A DNA stretch of 64,000 nt from an uncultured Flavobacteriaceae bacterium (GTDB lineage Bacteria; Bacteroidota; Bacteroidia; Flavobacteriales; Flavobacteriaceae): NCBI GenBank assembly GCA_963796935.1, contig CAWCNT010000013.1, positions 368,242 to 432,241 on the forward strand, given 5' to 3'. The position numbers were made by a program, and so were the translations under genes. This document shows positions 53,013 through 62,091 of the stretch, piece by piece; positions within the stretch are counted from its first letter, which is position 1; each line of letters opens with the position of its first letter. The notes under the pieces are model-generated. The model ran no database searches, was not told where the DNA came from, and saw only the letters and a program-made list of their open reading frames with translations.

Positions 53013-53419
53013 AATAGAAAGATTACTCGAGAAATACTTTGAGGCTGAGACCACGGAAGCCGAAGAGCAGGTCTTACGGGATTATTTTACCGGAGACAGT
53101 GTTGCAGAGCATTTAGAACAATACAGTGCCATGTTCTCATTTTTCTCTAGTGCCAAACAAGAGACGGTTTACAAAGCAGGTGCCATTAAAAACCAATAAA
53201 GCGTATTATAAGTGGATATCCGTTGCAGCCGTTGCCGTCTTAGGTTTTGGAATATATTTTGGTAATCAGTACCAGGAAAGAAGGGAAGCAGAATACGCCT
53301 ACCTTCAAACAAAGAAAGCCCTTGGTCTTCTTGCCCAAAATTTGGATCGTGGGACCAAAAAAGTGGCTTATTTACATGAATTTGAAGAAACAAAACAAAA
53401 AATTTACAAAAACAATTAA
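52999..53419 (+). CDS. Putative anti-sigma factor, apparent frameshift at ~53160
   Basis: LLEKYFEAETTEAEEQVLRDYF, then TM WISVAAVAVLGFGIYF in the shifted frame; overlaps the sigma gene. Confidence 0.72.
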
Positions 53420-53430
53420 AAAACAACAGT

Positions 53431-53979
53431 ATGAAAAAGTATCTAGTATTAATAGCAATTGCATTACTTCCATTTGCAGGATTCTCACAATCTATCTTTG
53501 ATAAGTTCGAAGATATGGATGAGGTAAGTTCTGTGATCGTCAATAAAAATATGTTCGATCTCCTCGTAAAAATGGATGTGAATGTGGATGAACCCGAGGC
53601 TAGAGAGGCGATGGAAATTGCCAAGAGCCTCAGTGGATTAAAGGTCTTTGTAACCGAAAACAAAGGTATTTCTGCCGATATGAAATCTACGGTGGACCGA
53701 TATTTGAAAAGTGCATCACTTGAGGAACTAATGCGTGTTAAGGACAAGGACGCCAATGTAAAATTCTATATCCGTAAAGGAAAAGATGAAGACCATGTAA
53801 GCGAACTACTGATGTTTGTCACCGGGATCAATAATGCCGATGTATCGATCAATGATCGTAAAATTGAAACAGTTCTTTTAACGCTGACAGGGGATATAGA
53901 CCTGACAAAGATTGGGGCCTTGACAAAGAAGATGAATCTGCCCAAGGAGTTAAATCAAATTGAGAAAAAGAAATCCTAA
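53431..53979 (+). CDS. DUF4252-like secreted protein
   Basis: Signal peptide; motifs VSSVIVNKNMF, LEELMRVKD, VSELLMF, LTGDIDL. Confidence 0.72.
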   Translation: MKKYLVLIAIALLPFAGFSQSIFDKFEDMDEVSSVIVNKNMFDLLVKMDVNVDEPEAREAMEIAKSLSGLKVFVTENKGISADMKSTVDRYLKSASLEELMRVKDKDANVKFYIRKGKDEDHVSELLMFVTGINNADVSINDRKIETVLLTLTGDIDLTKIGALTKKMNLPKELNQIEKKKS

Positions 53980-54058
53980 CAATGGGTTGGAGGACTGTGG
54001 GTACTTCTGCTAAGCAAGTACTCTCAGTCTTCTTACCAATTAATGAACCATAAAAATC

Positions 54059-54598
54059 ATGAAAACGATCACTAGAATACTATCACTTATAACTGTTTTA
54101 CTTTTTATAGGCTGTTCCTCTACCCAGAGTTTACAGGAGTACTATGTAGACAGCGCAGAAAATCCAAATTTTATTTCTTTAGATCTCCCGGCAAGCATAC
54201 TCAATCTTAATGAGGTAGACTTAACGGAATCACAGAGAACAGCAGTACAATCCCTGAGAAAGCTCAATGTATTGGCATTCAGAAAAACAGATTCGAACAA
54301 CGCAGAATATGAAGTAGAAAAGGGAAAAGTAAATGCAATTTTAAAGAATAAAGCCTTTAAAGAGTTGATGAAACTTAATTCTCAATACGGCAAAGGCTAT
54401 GTAAAGTACCTGGGAGAAGAAGATGCTATTGATGAGGTGATCATCTATGGAAATATGGATGATAAGGGATTTGCTCTGGTAAGAGTACTTGGAAAGGATA
54501 TGAATCCTGCTTATTTAGTACAATTAATGCAGGCCCTGCAAAAATCTGATTACAATGGAGAAGGACTAGGAGAGATTGGTCAATTCTTAAAAGGGTAA
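54059..54598 (+). CDS. DUF4252-like lipoprotein
   Basis: Lipobox FIGC; motifs FKELMK, IDEVII, GFALVRVLG. Confidence 0.7.
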   Translation: MKTITRILSLITVLLFIGCSSTQSLQEYYVDSAENPNFISLDLPASILNLNEVDLTESQRTAVQSLRKLNVLAFRKTDSNNAEYEVEKGKVNAILKNKAFKELMKLNSQYGKGYVKYLGEEDAIDEVIIYGNMDDKGFALVRVLGKDMNPAYLVQLMQALQKSDYNGEGLGEIGQFLKG

Positions 54599-54619
54599 AT
54601 AGATTTTACAATAAATTAC

Positions 54620-54653
54620 AAAAGCCTGTCTGGTTTACCAGGCAGGCTTTTTT
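54620..54653. terminator. Bidirectional intrinsic terminator
   Basis: AAAAGCCTGTCTGG-TTTA-CCAGGCAGGCTTTTTT. Confidence 0.9.
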
Positions 54654-54667
54654 ATGTGTATAAGATT

Positions 54668-56012
54668 TTAAATTCCTGTGTAATTGCTGGGGGTAATTGC
54701 GTTGAGTTCAACTTTTAATTCATCAGATATTTTCAGTGTCTCAATAAACTGTCCAATAGAATCCTTGGTGATGGCCGTATTAGTCCTTGTAAGCTCTTTT
54801 AACGCCTCATAAGGATTAGGATACCCTTCACGTCTTAAGATGGTTTGTATAGCCTCAGCTACTACTGCCCAGTTGTTTTCAAGGTCCTTTGCTATTTTAT
54901 CTGCATTCAGTAAGAGTTTTCCAAGTCCTTTTATGGTAGCCTGCATGGCAATAAGTGTATGAGCAAAAGGAACGCCAATGTTTCTAAGTACAGTACTGTC
55001 TGTGAGATCGCGTTGTAGCCTTGAGATAGGTAATTTAGCTGCCAGATGTTCAAATAGTGCGTTGGCTATTCCCAGATTTCCTTCAGAATTCTCAAAATCG
55101 ATTGGATTCACTTTATGTGGCATAGCCGAAGATCCCACTTCTCCTTCTTTGATCCTTTGCTTAAAATAATCCATAGAAATATAGGTCCAAAGATCTCGGT
55201 CAAGGTCAATAAGAATTGTATTGATCCTTTTAAGGCCATCGAACAGGGCAGCCATATGATCGTAGTGTTCCACCTGAGTTGTAGGAAAAGAATGATAAAG
55301 TCCTAATTGGTCTTTTACAAAATCTTGTCCAAATTTTCGCCAGTCTGTATTGGGATAGGCCACGTGGTGCGCATTGTAATTCCCTGTAGCGCCTCCAAAC
55401 TTACAGGCAGAAGGAATATCGTTCAACAAATTAAATTGTTCCTCTAGTCGGGTTACAAATACATTTAATTCCTTACCGAGCCTCGTAGGGGAGGCAGGTT
55501 GCCCATGTGTCCTTGCAAGCATTGGTACTTTCTCCCAATCTTTTGCCAGTGTTTTCAATTTTTGCAGCAATTCGGAATATTGTGGTACATATACTTCATT
55601 CATTGCTTCCTTAAGGGACAATGGAATGGCCGTATTGTTTATATCCTGAGAGGTTAAGCCGAAATGGATAAATTCTTTAAAATTCGATAGATCAAGGGCA
55701 TCAAACTTATGCTTTTATAAAGTATTCTACTGCTTTTACATCGTGGTTGGTAGTTTTTTCTATCTCCTTGATCGCCAATGCATCCTCTGTTGTGAACTCT
55801 AAATAGATCTTTCGTAAAGTTTCGAGTTTTTCAGGTTGAATCGACTTCAATTGGGGAAGGGGTAAAGTAGCCAGTGCTATAAAATATTCAATTTCTACGC
55901 GTACCCTGTATTTCATCAGAGCTTCCTCGGAAAAGTAAGAAGTTAAGGGAGTAACTTTACTCTTGTATCGCCCATCTATAGGGGATATAGCTTGTATTTC
56001 GTTAGAGATCAT
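54668..56012 (-). CDS. purB: Adenylosuccinate lyase, apparent frameshift at ~55713
   Basis: Motifs AISPIDGRY, TNHDVKAVEYF / IHFGLTSQDINN, ARTHGQPA, GSSAMPHKVNPIDFEN. Confidence 0.95.
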
Positions 56013-56142
56013 AGGATGTGATATCATGTAAATAAGAAAGCGCAAAGATAGCCATTAGTTTTGAGTTAGAAAGGGGACAGTGGATGGTTGGCGGCTATAT
56101 TGCTACATGGCATTTTAGCTATTCTCAATAATGAAACCTTTA

Positions 56143-56838
56143 TCAAGGAGTAGAATAAAGCAAAGTATTTACAAGTTCTGGTACTCCTTCTGATGCTTTC
56201 TTGGCAATGATCTGAAGATTAAATTCTGCTGAGGTATCTATAGCAGGTTTAGGATCAATGAAATAAACAGGTGTTTCGCGTCTGGCATAATACATTAAAC
56301 TGGCTGCCGGGTATACCTGTAATGAAGTGCCTATAATGATCAGAATATCTGCTTGGGAAGTTAGGGAGGCTGCCTGAGGTAAAAGCGGCACTTCCTCACC
56401 AAACCACACAATATGGGGCCTCAACTGATGTCCATGTTCGCACAAATGTCCAATATTCAGATCTTTTTTCCACTCTTGCACTTTATAGGGTGGGGTAGTG
56501 CTTCTTACTTTAAAAAGTTCGCCATGAAGATGTAAGACGTCTGTACTCCCGGCTCTTTCGTGTAGATCATCCACGTTTTGTGTAACGACACTTACCTTGT
56601 AACTATCCTCCAGTGTTACCAGCGCTTTGTGACCTTCGTTTGGTTCTGCATTTAGTAATTGCTTACGCCGTTCATTGTAAAATTCGAGCACTAATTCCGG
56701 GTTCGCTCTAAATCCCTGAGGTGAGGCAACTTCCATTACATCATGTCCTTCCCAAAGTCCATCTGCATCTCTAAATGTTTTTAAGCCACTATCGGCGCTC
56801 ATGCCGGCACCGGAGAGGACTACGATCTTTTTACTCAT
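56143..56838 (-). CDS. cobB: NAD-dependent protein deacylase (Sir2 family)
   Basis: Motifs GAGMSADSG, TQNVDDLHERAG, HLHGE, RPHIVWFGE, GTSLQVYPA. Confidence 0.92.
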   Translation of the reverse strand: MSKKIVVLSGAGMSADSGLKTFRDADGLWEGHDVMEVASPQGFRANPELVLEFYNERRKQLLNAEPNEGHKALVTLEDSYKVSVVTQNVDDLHERAGSTDVLHLHGELFKVRSTTPPYKVQEWKKDLNIGHLCEHGHQLRPHIVWFGEEVPLLPQAASLTSQADILIIIGTSLQVYPAASLMYYARRETPVYFIDPKPAIDTSAEFNLQIIAKKASEGVPELVNTLLYSTP

Positions 56839-56881
56839 ATTACTACTTTCTCTAAAATTACGTTTTTATTATATTCGAACT

Positions 56882-57538
56882 ATGGAAGATCCTGCCTTGG
56901 TTGCCTATTTGGAATCATTTGTTTCCAAGGACCGACTTAAGCGTTTTGAAGAGGTCCTGGCCTTACGAACCAAATATTTGACAGTGGTTATGGAGGATGT
57001 ATATCATTTGCACAATGCCAGTGCGGTCATTCGCAGCGCAGATATTTTTGGAATTCAGGAGGTTCATGTCATTGAGCGCAGATTCGGTAAAAGATTAGAT
57101 AAAAAAATAGCATTGGGAGCGCAGAAATGGACAGATATCCACAGGTATAAATCAACAGAAGAGTGTCTGTGTGCGCTAAAGAAACGAGATTATACCTTAG
57201 TGGCCACTACACCAAGGAAAGATGCCTTGCCTATAGATAAACTAAACATTTCCGGGAAGACAGCTTTTCTGTTTGGAGCTGAAAAAGAAGGGCTTAGTGA
57301 TGCTGCATTAGACCAGGCAGATCAGTTTGTCCATATCCCTATGGTTGGTTTTACGAAAAGTCTCAATGTTTCTGTTGCCGCTGCCATCATATTGCAGCAA
57401 ATGACAACTAAGCTGCGCACATCAGATCAGATCTGGCAATTAACCGATGGCGAAAAGGAGTCAAAAAGACTAGATTGGATAAAAAAATCTATTAAAGATA
57501 TTGATCAAATTATAGAACGGTACAATACCGGAATTTAG
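56882..57538 (+). CDS. TrmH/SpoU-family RNA methyltransferase
   Basis: Motifs HNASAVIRS, FGAEKEGLS, IPMVGFTKSLNVSVA. Confidence 0.9.
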   Translation: MEDPALVAYLESFVSKDRLKRFEEVLALRTKYLTVVMEDVYHLHNASAVIRSADIFGIQEVHVIERRFGKRLDKKIALGAQKWTDIHRYKSTEECLCALKKRDYTLVATTPRKDALPIDKLNISGKTAFLFGAEKEGLSDAALDQADQFVHIPMVGFTKSLNVSVAAAIILQQMTTKLRTSDQIWQLTDGEKESKRLDWIKKSIKDIDQIIERYNTGI

Positions 57539-57582
57539 AAAGATTTTGTATCTTTCAAAGGAACCAACTAATTGATACACAA

Positions 57583-58110
57583 ATGTATATTGCACTTTAT
57601 ATTATCATAGCACTTGTCGGAATTATACTTTTTCTGGCCCTTATAGCACCCAAGTCGTATGATGTGAATAGATCTGTAGAGATCGCCAAGCCAAAATCTG
57701 AGGTTTTCGAATACATTAAGTACTTAAAGAACAATGATACCTGGTCTCCCTGGGCGAGAAAGGATCCAAATATGGAAAAGAAATTTACGGGGACTGATGG
57801 GGAAGTAGGTGCCATTAGCTATTGGAATGGGAACAAAGATGTAGGGGAAGGGGAGCAGGAGATCACCAAAATAATTCCCGGTGAAAGAATTGAAGGGCAA
57901 TTGAGGTTCTTAAAACCCTGGAAATCTACCTCAGATTGTTATCTGGATGTAGAAGAGGGAACTAATAGTGGTACCAAAGTTACCTGGGGTTTTAAAGGGA
58001 ATAACAAATTTCCAATGAGCATTATGATGCTTTTTATGAGTATGGATAAAATGGTAGGGAAAGATTTTGAAGAAGGGCTGGCTACCCTTAAAACTCAAAT
58101 GGAATCTTAA
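57583..58110 (+). CDS. SRPBCC/polyketide cyclase-like membrane-anchored protein
   Basis: N-terminal TM; motifs WSPW...DP, VGEGEQEI, GKDFEEGLATLK. Confidence 0.8.
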   Translation: MYIALYIIIALVGIILFLALIAPKSYDVNRSVEIAKPKSEVFEYIKYLKNNDTWSPWARKDPNMEKKFTGTDGEVGAISYWNGNKDVGEGEQEITKIIPGERIEGQLRFLKPWKSTSDCYLDVEEGTNSGTKVTWGFKGNNKFPMSIMMLFMSMDKMVGKDFEEGLATLKTQMES

Positions 58111-58120
58111 GTTATACATT

Positions 58121-58501
58121 ATGGAGGCTAATATGGTTGGCTGGTTCGAGATCCCTGTGGCTGATATGGACCGGGCTAAAAAATTCTATGAATCCGTATT
58201 TAAAGTAAAAATTGAAGTACAAAACTTTAACGATTTGCTAATGGGGTGGTTTCCTTTTGCTGAAAGTAAAATGGGTGCTTCAGGCTCACTGGTTAAACAT
58301 GCCGATTTTTATAACCCCAGTGAAACTGCCGGACCTCTCTTGTATTTTTCTTCAAAAGACGTTCAGGAACAAGTAGATAGAATTGAAAAAGCGGGGGGTA
58401 AAATCTTACAAACTAAAAAACTCATTAGTGAGGAAATAGGCTATATGGCCTTATTTATTGATAGTGAAGGCAACCGAATAGCACTTCATTCGCGCCAATA
58501 A
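58121..58501 (+). CDS. VOC/glyoxalase family protein
   Basis: Motifs WFEIPVADMDRAKKFYESVF and FIDSEGNRIALH. Confidence 0.88.
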   Translation: MEANMVGWFEIPVADMDRAKKFYESVFKVKIEVQNFNDLLMGWFPFAESKMGASGSLVKHADFYNPSETAGPLLYFSSKDVQEQVDRIEKAGGKILQTKKLISEEIGYMALFIDSEGNRIALHSRQ

Positions 58502-58503
58502 AA

Positions 58504-59319
58504 TTATAAATAAAAGATCGGGGCTTCTGCCCGGGCTCCAAATCGGATCGGTATATAGCTGGTTCCCACTCCTCTTGATACATACATTAGCGATTGTTTA
58601 CTTTTATACCAACCTTCCAGATACTTTCCACTTCCTCCGGGTTTGTAAAATTCTTTGCCAAAAAATTGAATTTGACCCCCATGAGTATGCCCGCAAAGAA
58701 CAAGGGTGAGATTTACCTTTAATTTCTCATTCAATAGATCTATAGTATCTCTGTATTCTGGGCAATGGTTCAAAACAATTGTGTTTAATGATCTATTGAT
58801 ATTTTGTATAGCTCTTTCATAATCTGGCGTACCTTTCAAAAAATCATCTATCCCAACGATATTGAATTTCCGTTTCCCTTTTGTAAAAGTTAAAGAATCA
58901 TTGATGAGCAATTTTCCATTGTACTTTCCGAACAGTTCGTTATACATTTCTGCCGTTACCCTGCCATCATATTCCTTATTACCCATAATGACAATTTTGG
59001 GTATTTCCAATGGAATGAGCTTTAAAAAGGCCTCCAACAAGTCCAATTGATTGGGCCTATTGATAGAATCGCCTGTAAAAAACAACAAATCGGGTTTTTC
59101 TTTGGCAATTCTCTTTCCGATCCATTTATGATAAGCCTTAATCTCCTTTATGTGGAGATCTGTAAGTTGAATGACCTTTATGGTGTCATCACGCCCTTCC
59201 CGGATATCGTGTCTGGACCATTTAACGATGTACTTTTCGATCCAGAAGGCATCCAGAAAGAGAAACCCAATAATTCCTAAAAAGGACAGTAATATAAATT
59301 TTCTCCTGCTAATTTTCAT
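58504..59319 (-). CDS. Calcineurin-like metallophosphoesterase
   Basis: Motifs DLH, TGD, GNKE, NHCP, GHTHGGQ, VSRGVG. Confidence 0.87.
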   Translation of the reverse strand: MKISRRKFILLSFLGIIGFLFLDAFWIEKYIVKWSRHDIREGRDDTIKVIQLTDLHIKEIKAYHKWIGKRIAKEKPDLLFFTGDSINRPNQLDLLEAFLKLIPLEIPKIVIMGNKEYDGRVTAEMYNELFGKYNGKLLINDSLTFTKGKRKFNIVGIDDFLKGTPDYERAIQNINRSLNTIVLNHCPEYRDTIDLLNEKLKVNLTLVLCGHTHGGQIQFFGKEFYKPGGSGKYLEGWYKSKQSLMYVSRGVGTSYIPIRFGARAEAPIFYL

Positions 59320-59355
59320 ATTGCAAGTGCCGCTGTAGTGTCTTAGGATAGAAGG

Positions 59356-61044
59356 TTATTTGGCAAGTTCTAACAATGCCACAGTATAGGCGTTATCTAA
59401 TAATACACGTCCTTTCTTTACTTCAACTTGTGTTTGTGAATAAGTATCAAATAATTGGGTGCCATCGCCGAAAAAACCTTTTACCCAAAGTGATTTTTTT
59501 CCTTTTGGCAGATCAAGTCCAATTACCACTTTGTCTTTAAAGTCACCATCCGTGTATGTTCTGCTAAAAACATAAGGTTTTTTAGCTAATCGTTTGTGCC
59601 TACCAGCCCCAATAGCGGGATGATGATTTCTAAACTGACCTAATTTCTGCCAGTGCGTTAGGATCTCCTGTGTCTTAGGATTACCTAGTTCTTCCCAGTT
59701 CATAAAGGATCGCAGAGTAGCATCACCCTCGGTGCCTTCAATAGTGAGATCTCTAGCGGTTTCATCTCCGTAATATACCTGTGATGCCCCCGGAGTTAGT
59801 AAAAGCACATTGGCAGAATAAAATGGTTTTTTTCTGTCCTTATCGAATGGACTTCCATCATCATGAGAAGTAAGGTAATTGAGTACGCTTACCCCATTTA
59901 ATTTAGAATGTAATAGACTGCTGTATTTTTTAAAGATCTCTTCATAATTTTTCTCGGCGTCTGTTTTTAATTCAAAATTGATTAGGCTATTAAAACCATT
60001 GGCGAAATAATCTACCTTTTTATCACCAAAATCGAAAGTCCGCCCTCCCGAAATACCGTAATTATAGGCCTCGCCAACCATAAAGAAAGGGGTATCATCT
60101 AGTACCTGATCCTCATGCTTCTTTTTCCAATTTTCAAACGCATAGGAAGCTTCTTTGTACAATTCGGCCCAGGCCTTTTCGTCTGCATGTTTTACCGTAT
60201 CTACCCTAAATCCATCTATACCAAGTTCATTGACATAATCTGTTAACCATTTGATGATATAGAATCGTGGTGCTCTGGGATAACCGGTTCTGTCAAAGAA
60301 CAGTTCAAGTTCGTCTAGTTCTATGCTTAGTCTTCCCTCATTCTTCCACTTGGCCAATAAGGCATCGGGCAGATCTACAGCTTCGTCAGTAGCGGTCCGT
60401 ATATCTGGTAAATTGGCCACCAAAGTACAGGCAGTAGTAGATTCGTAATTTTCAAAGGTACAGGTAGGTTCTGTTATCACCCATTCCACTGGCCAGACCG
60501 GGTCTTCCTCTGTAACCGGACCGGTATGGTTCAAGACAACGTCCATAAGAATTCTGATCCCTTTCTCATGAGCTTTTTTTACCATTTTTTCCAGATCCTT
60601 TCTGCTGCCAAAATTGGGATCCAGAACTGTCCAGTCTTTTGCCCAATACCCGTGGTAAGCATAGGTGTTTCCTGTTCCTTCATCTGTGGTACCGTGAATC
60701 TGTTCTACAACAGGCGTAAACCAGATGGCATTGATTCCGAGATCTGTAAAGTAGCCTTCTTCAATTTTTTGAGTGATCCCCTGAATATCTCCACCCATAA
60801 AGCCTCTCAATGGTCCTGTTTCTTCCGTCCTGTTTAAATTGATGTCGTTTTCTGGATTGCCATTGTTAAAGCGATCCGTAAGCAAGAAATAAATATTAGA
60901 GCCAGACCAGCGAAAAGGGACAGTTTCTTTAACAATTACCGGAGTATCGTTTTGAACTATTGCAGCTTGTGATTTTGTAACCGAAGAATCCTTGCATGCT
61001 ATAAAAAGGACCATTAAACACATTAAAGCCAGTAATCTCTTCAT
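59356..61044 (-). CDS. GH13 alpha-amylase family lipoprotein
   Basis: Lipobox FIAC; motifs YHGYW, DVVLNH, DGFRVDTVKH, VGEAY, LTSHD. Confidence 0.9.
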   Translation of the reverse strand: MKRLLALMCLMVLFIACKDSSVTKSQAAIVQNDTPVIVKETVPFRWSGSNIYFLLTDRFNNGNPENDINLNRTEETGPLRGFMGGDIQGITQKIEEGYFTDLGINAIWFTPVVEQIHGTTDEGTGNTYAYHGYWAKDWTVLDPNFGSRKDLEKMVKKAHEKGIRILMDVVLNHTGPVTEEDPVWPVEWVITEPTCTFENYESTTACTLVANLPDIRTATDEAVDLPDALLAKWKNEGRLSIELDELELFFDRTGYPRAPRFYIIKWLTDYVNELGIDGFRVDTVKHADEKAWAELYKEASYAFENWKKKHEDQVLDDTPFFMVGEAYNYGISGGRTFDFGDKKVDYFANGFNSLINFELKTDAEKNYEEIFKKYSSLLHSKLNGVSVLNYLTSHDDGSPFDKDRKKPFYSANVLLLTPGASQVYYGDETARDLTIEGTEGDATLRSFMNWEELGNPKTQEILTHWQKLGQFRNHHPAIGAGRHKRLAKKPYVFSRTYTDGDFKDKVVIGLDLPKGKKSLWVKGFFGDGTQLFDTYSQTQVEVKKGRVLLDNAYTVALLELAK

Positions 61045-61240
61045 TAATTGGTGTATTTGAGGAATGCCTACATCAAACTTAGAATAAATTAACAAGGATT
61101 TCCTTGTATTATCTAATGGATCAGGTAGGCTTTTTATTTTTTTTAAAGCTATAAAATGATCTTGGATTAATAAAATTTAATTGATCCGATCTAAATGCTT
61201 AGAAAGAGCGGATAACAACCTACATTCCTAATACTGTGAA

Positions 61241-62041
61241 TTACCTTTTTCTATTAAGCACCTTATAGTCTTCATAACAACTACTTATGGCATCTAATAT
61301 CTGAAGATCGTTCGCGGTGGTGATAAAGGATTTAGAGAAATTACAGTTAGAGAGAATATCCTCAATATCTACTTTTTCTAGTTGCAGAAGCTCGGTTAGG
61401 GTCTCCCGGTCGAATTTGGACGCCAGAAGATCGCGTATTTCATCGTCTTCTTTGATCAACCTTAATTTCCGCATCTGATTTGGCTTCTTGCCAAAAAGAT
61501 TCCGCAGCAGATCGGCCGGATTCAAAATAGCTCCCAACACCTTTGTAACCGCACTTGGATTCTTATTACCTGCTTCATAGCTCTTTGAAAGTCCGGAAAT
61601 GCTGTATTGGTAAGCAGTATTTATCGGAAGATTTTTAACATCAATTTCTAAATACCCTGTGAGTTGGTAGGGTCTAACGATTACCTCTTCCAAAGCGTAG
61701 GCCAATTCTGTAAGGGCTATTTTGGTATCACTAAATTTAAACATATCATTAGTGACCCGTATTTTCTGAGATTTGAAGCCGAGATAGGAGAAATACAAGG
61801 TGTCATTTACAGCGGCTCTTATTGAGAATTCACCTCGTTCGTTGGTTATGGTACCAACAACCTGATTGAGATTTACCACATGAACGCTTTCCAGGGGCTC
61901 ATCAGTTTGAGCATTGATCACGATGGCACCGAATTGATCACTTTGCCCGGCGGGAACATTGTCCTGAGCAAAGATTAGCACAGAACTTAATAGAGCAAGC
62001 CATAAGAGAATTTGTTTTTTCAAAGAAACCCAGTTTAACAC
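61241..62041 (-). CDS. Carboxypeptidase-regulatory-like domain protein
   Basis: Signal peptide; GTITNERGEFSI...DTLYFSYLGF...LEEVIV. The true start may be TTG 62023. Confidence 0.75.
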   Translation of the reverse strand: MLNWVSLKKQILLWLALLSSVLIFAQDNVPAGQSDQFGAIVINAQTDEPLESVHVVNLNQVVGTITNERGEFSIRAAVNDTLYFSYLGFKSQKIRVTNDMFKFSDTKIALTELAYALEEVIVRPYQLTGYLEIDVKNLPINTAYQYSISGLSKSYEAGNKNPSAVTKVLGAILNPADLLRNLFGKKPNQMRKLRLIKEDDEIRDLLASKFDRETLTELLQLEKVDIEDILSNCNFSKSFITTANDLQILDAISSCYEDYKVLNRKR

Positions 62042-62091
62042 GAATAAACCAAAAAATCTAGCGTAAGATATCTTTTTTAATATAGAATTAA

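Noticed and set aside
54668-56012. purB pseudogene implying purine auxotrophy
   Set aside because: There is a single extra A in an A-run, all catalytic motifs are intact, and purL in the same window is intact.
56143-56838. SIR2-domain anti-phage system (Thoeris/DSR)
   Set aside because: It is a standalone classical CobB deacylase with no partner genes.
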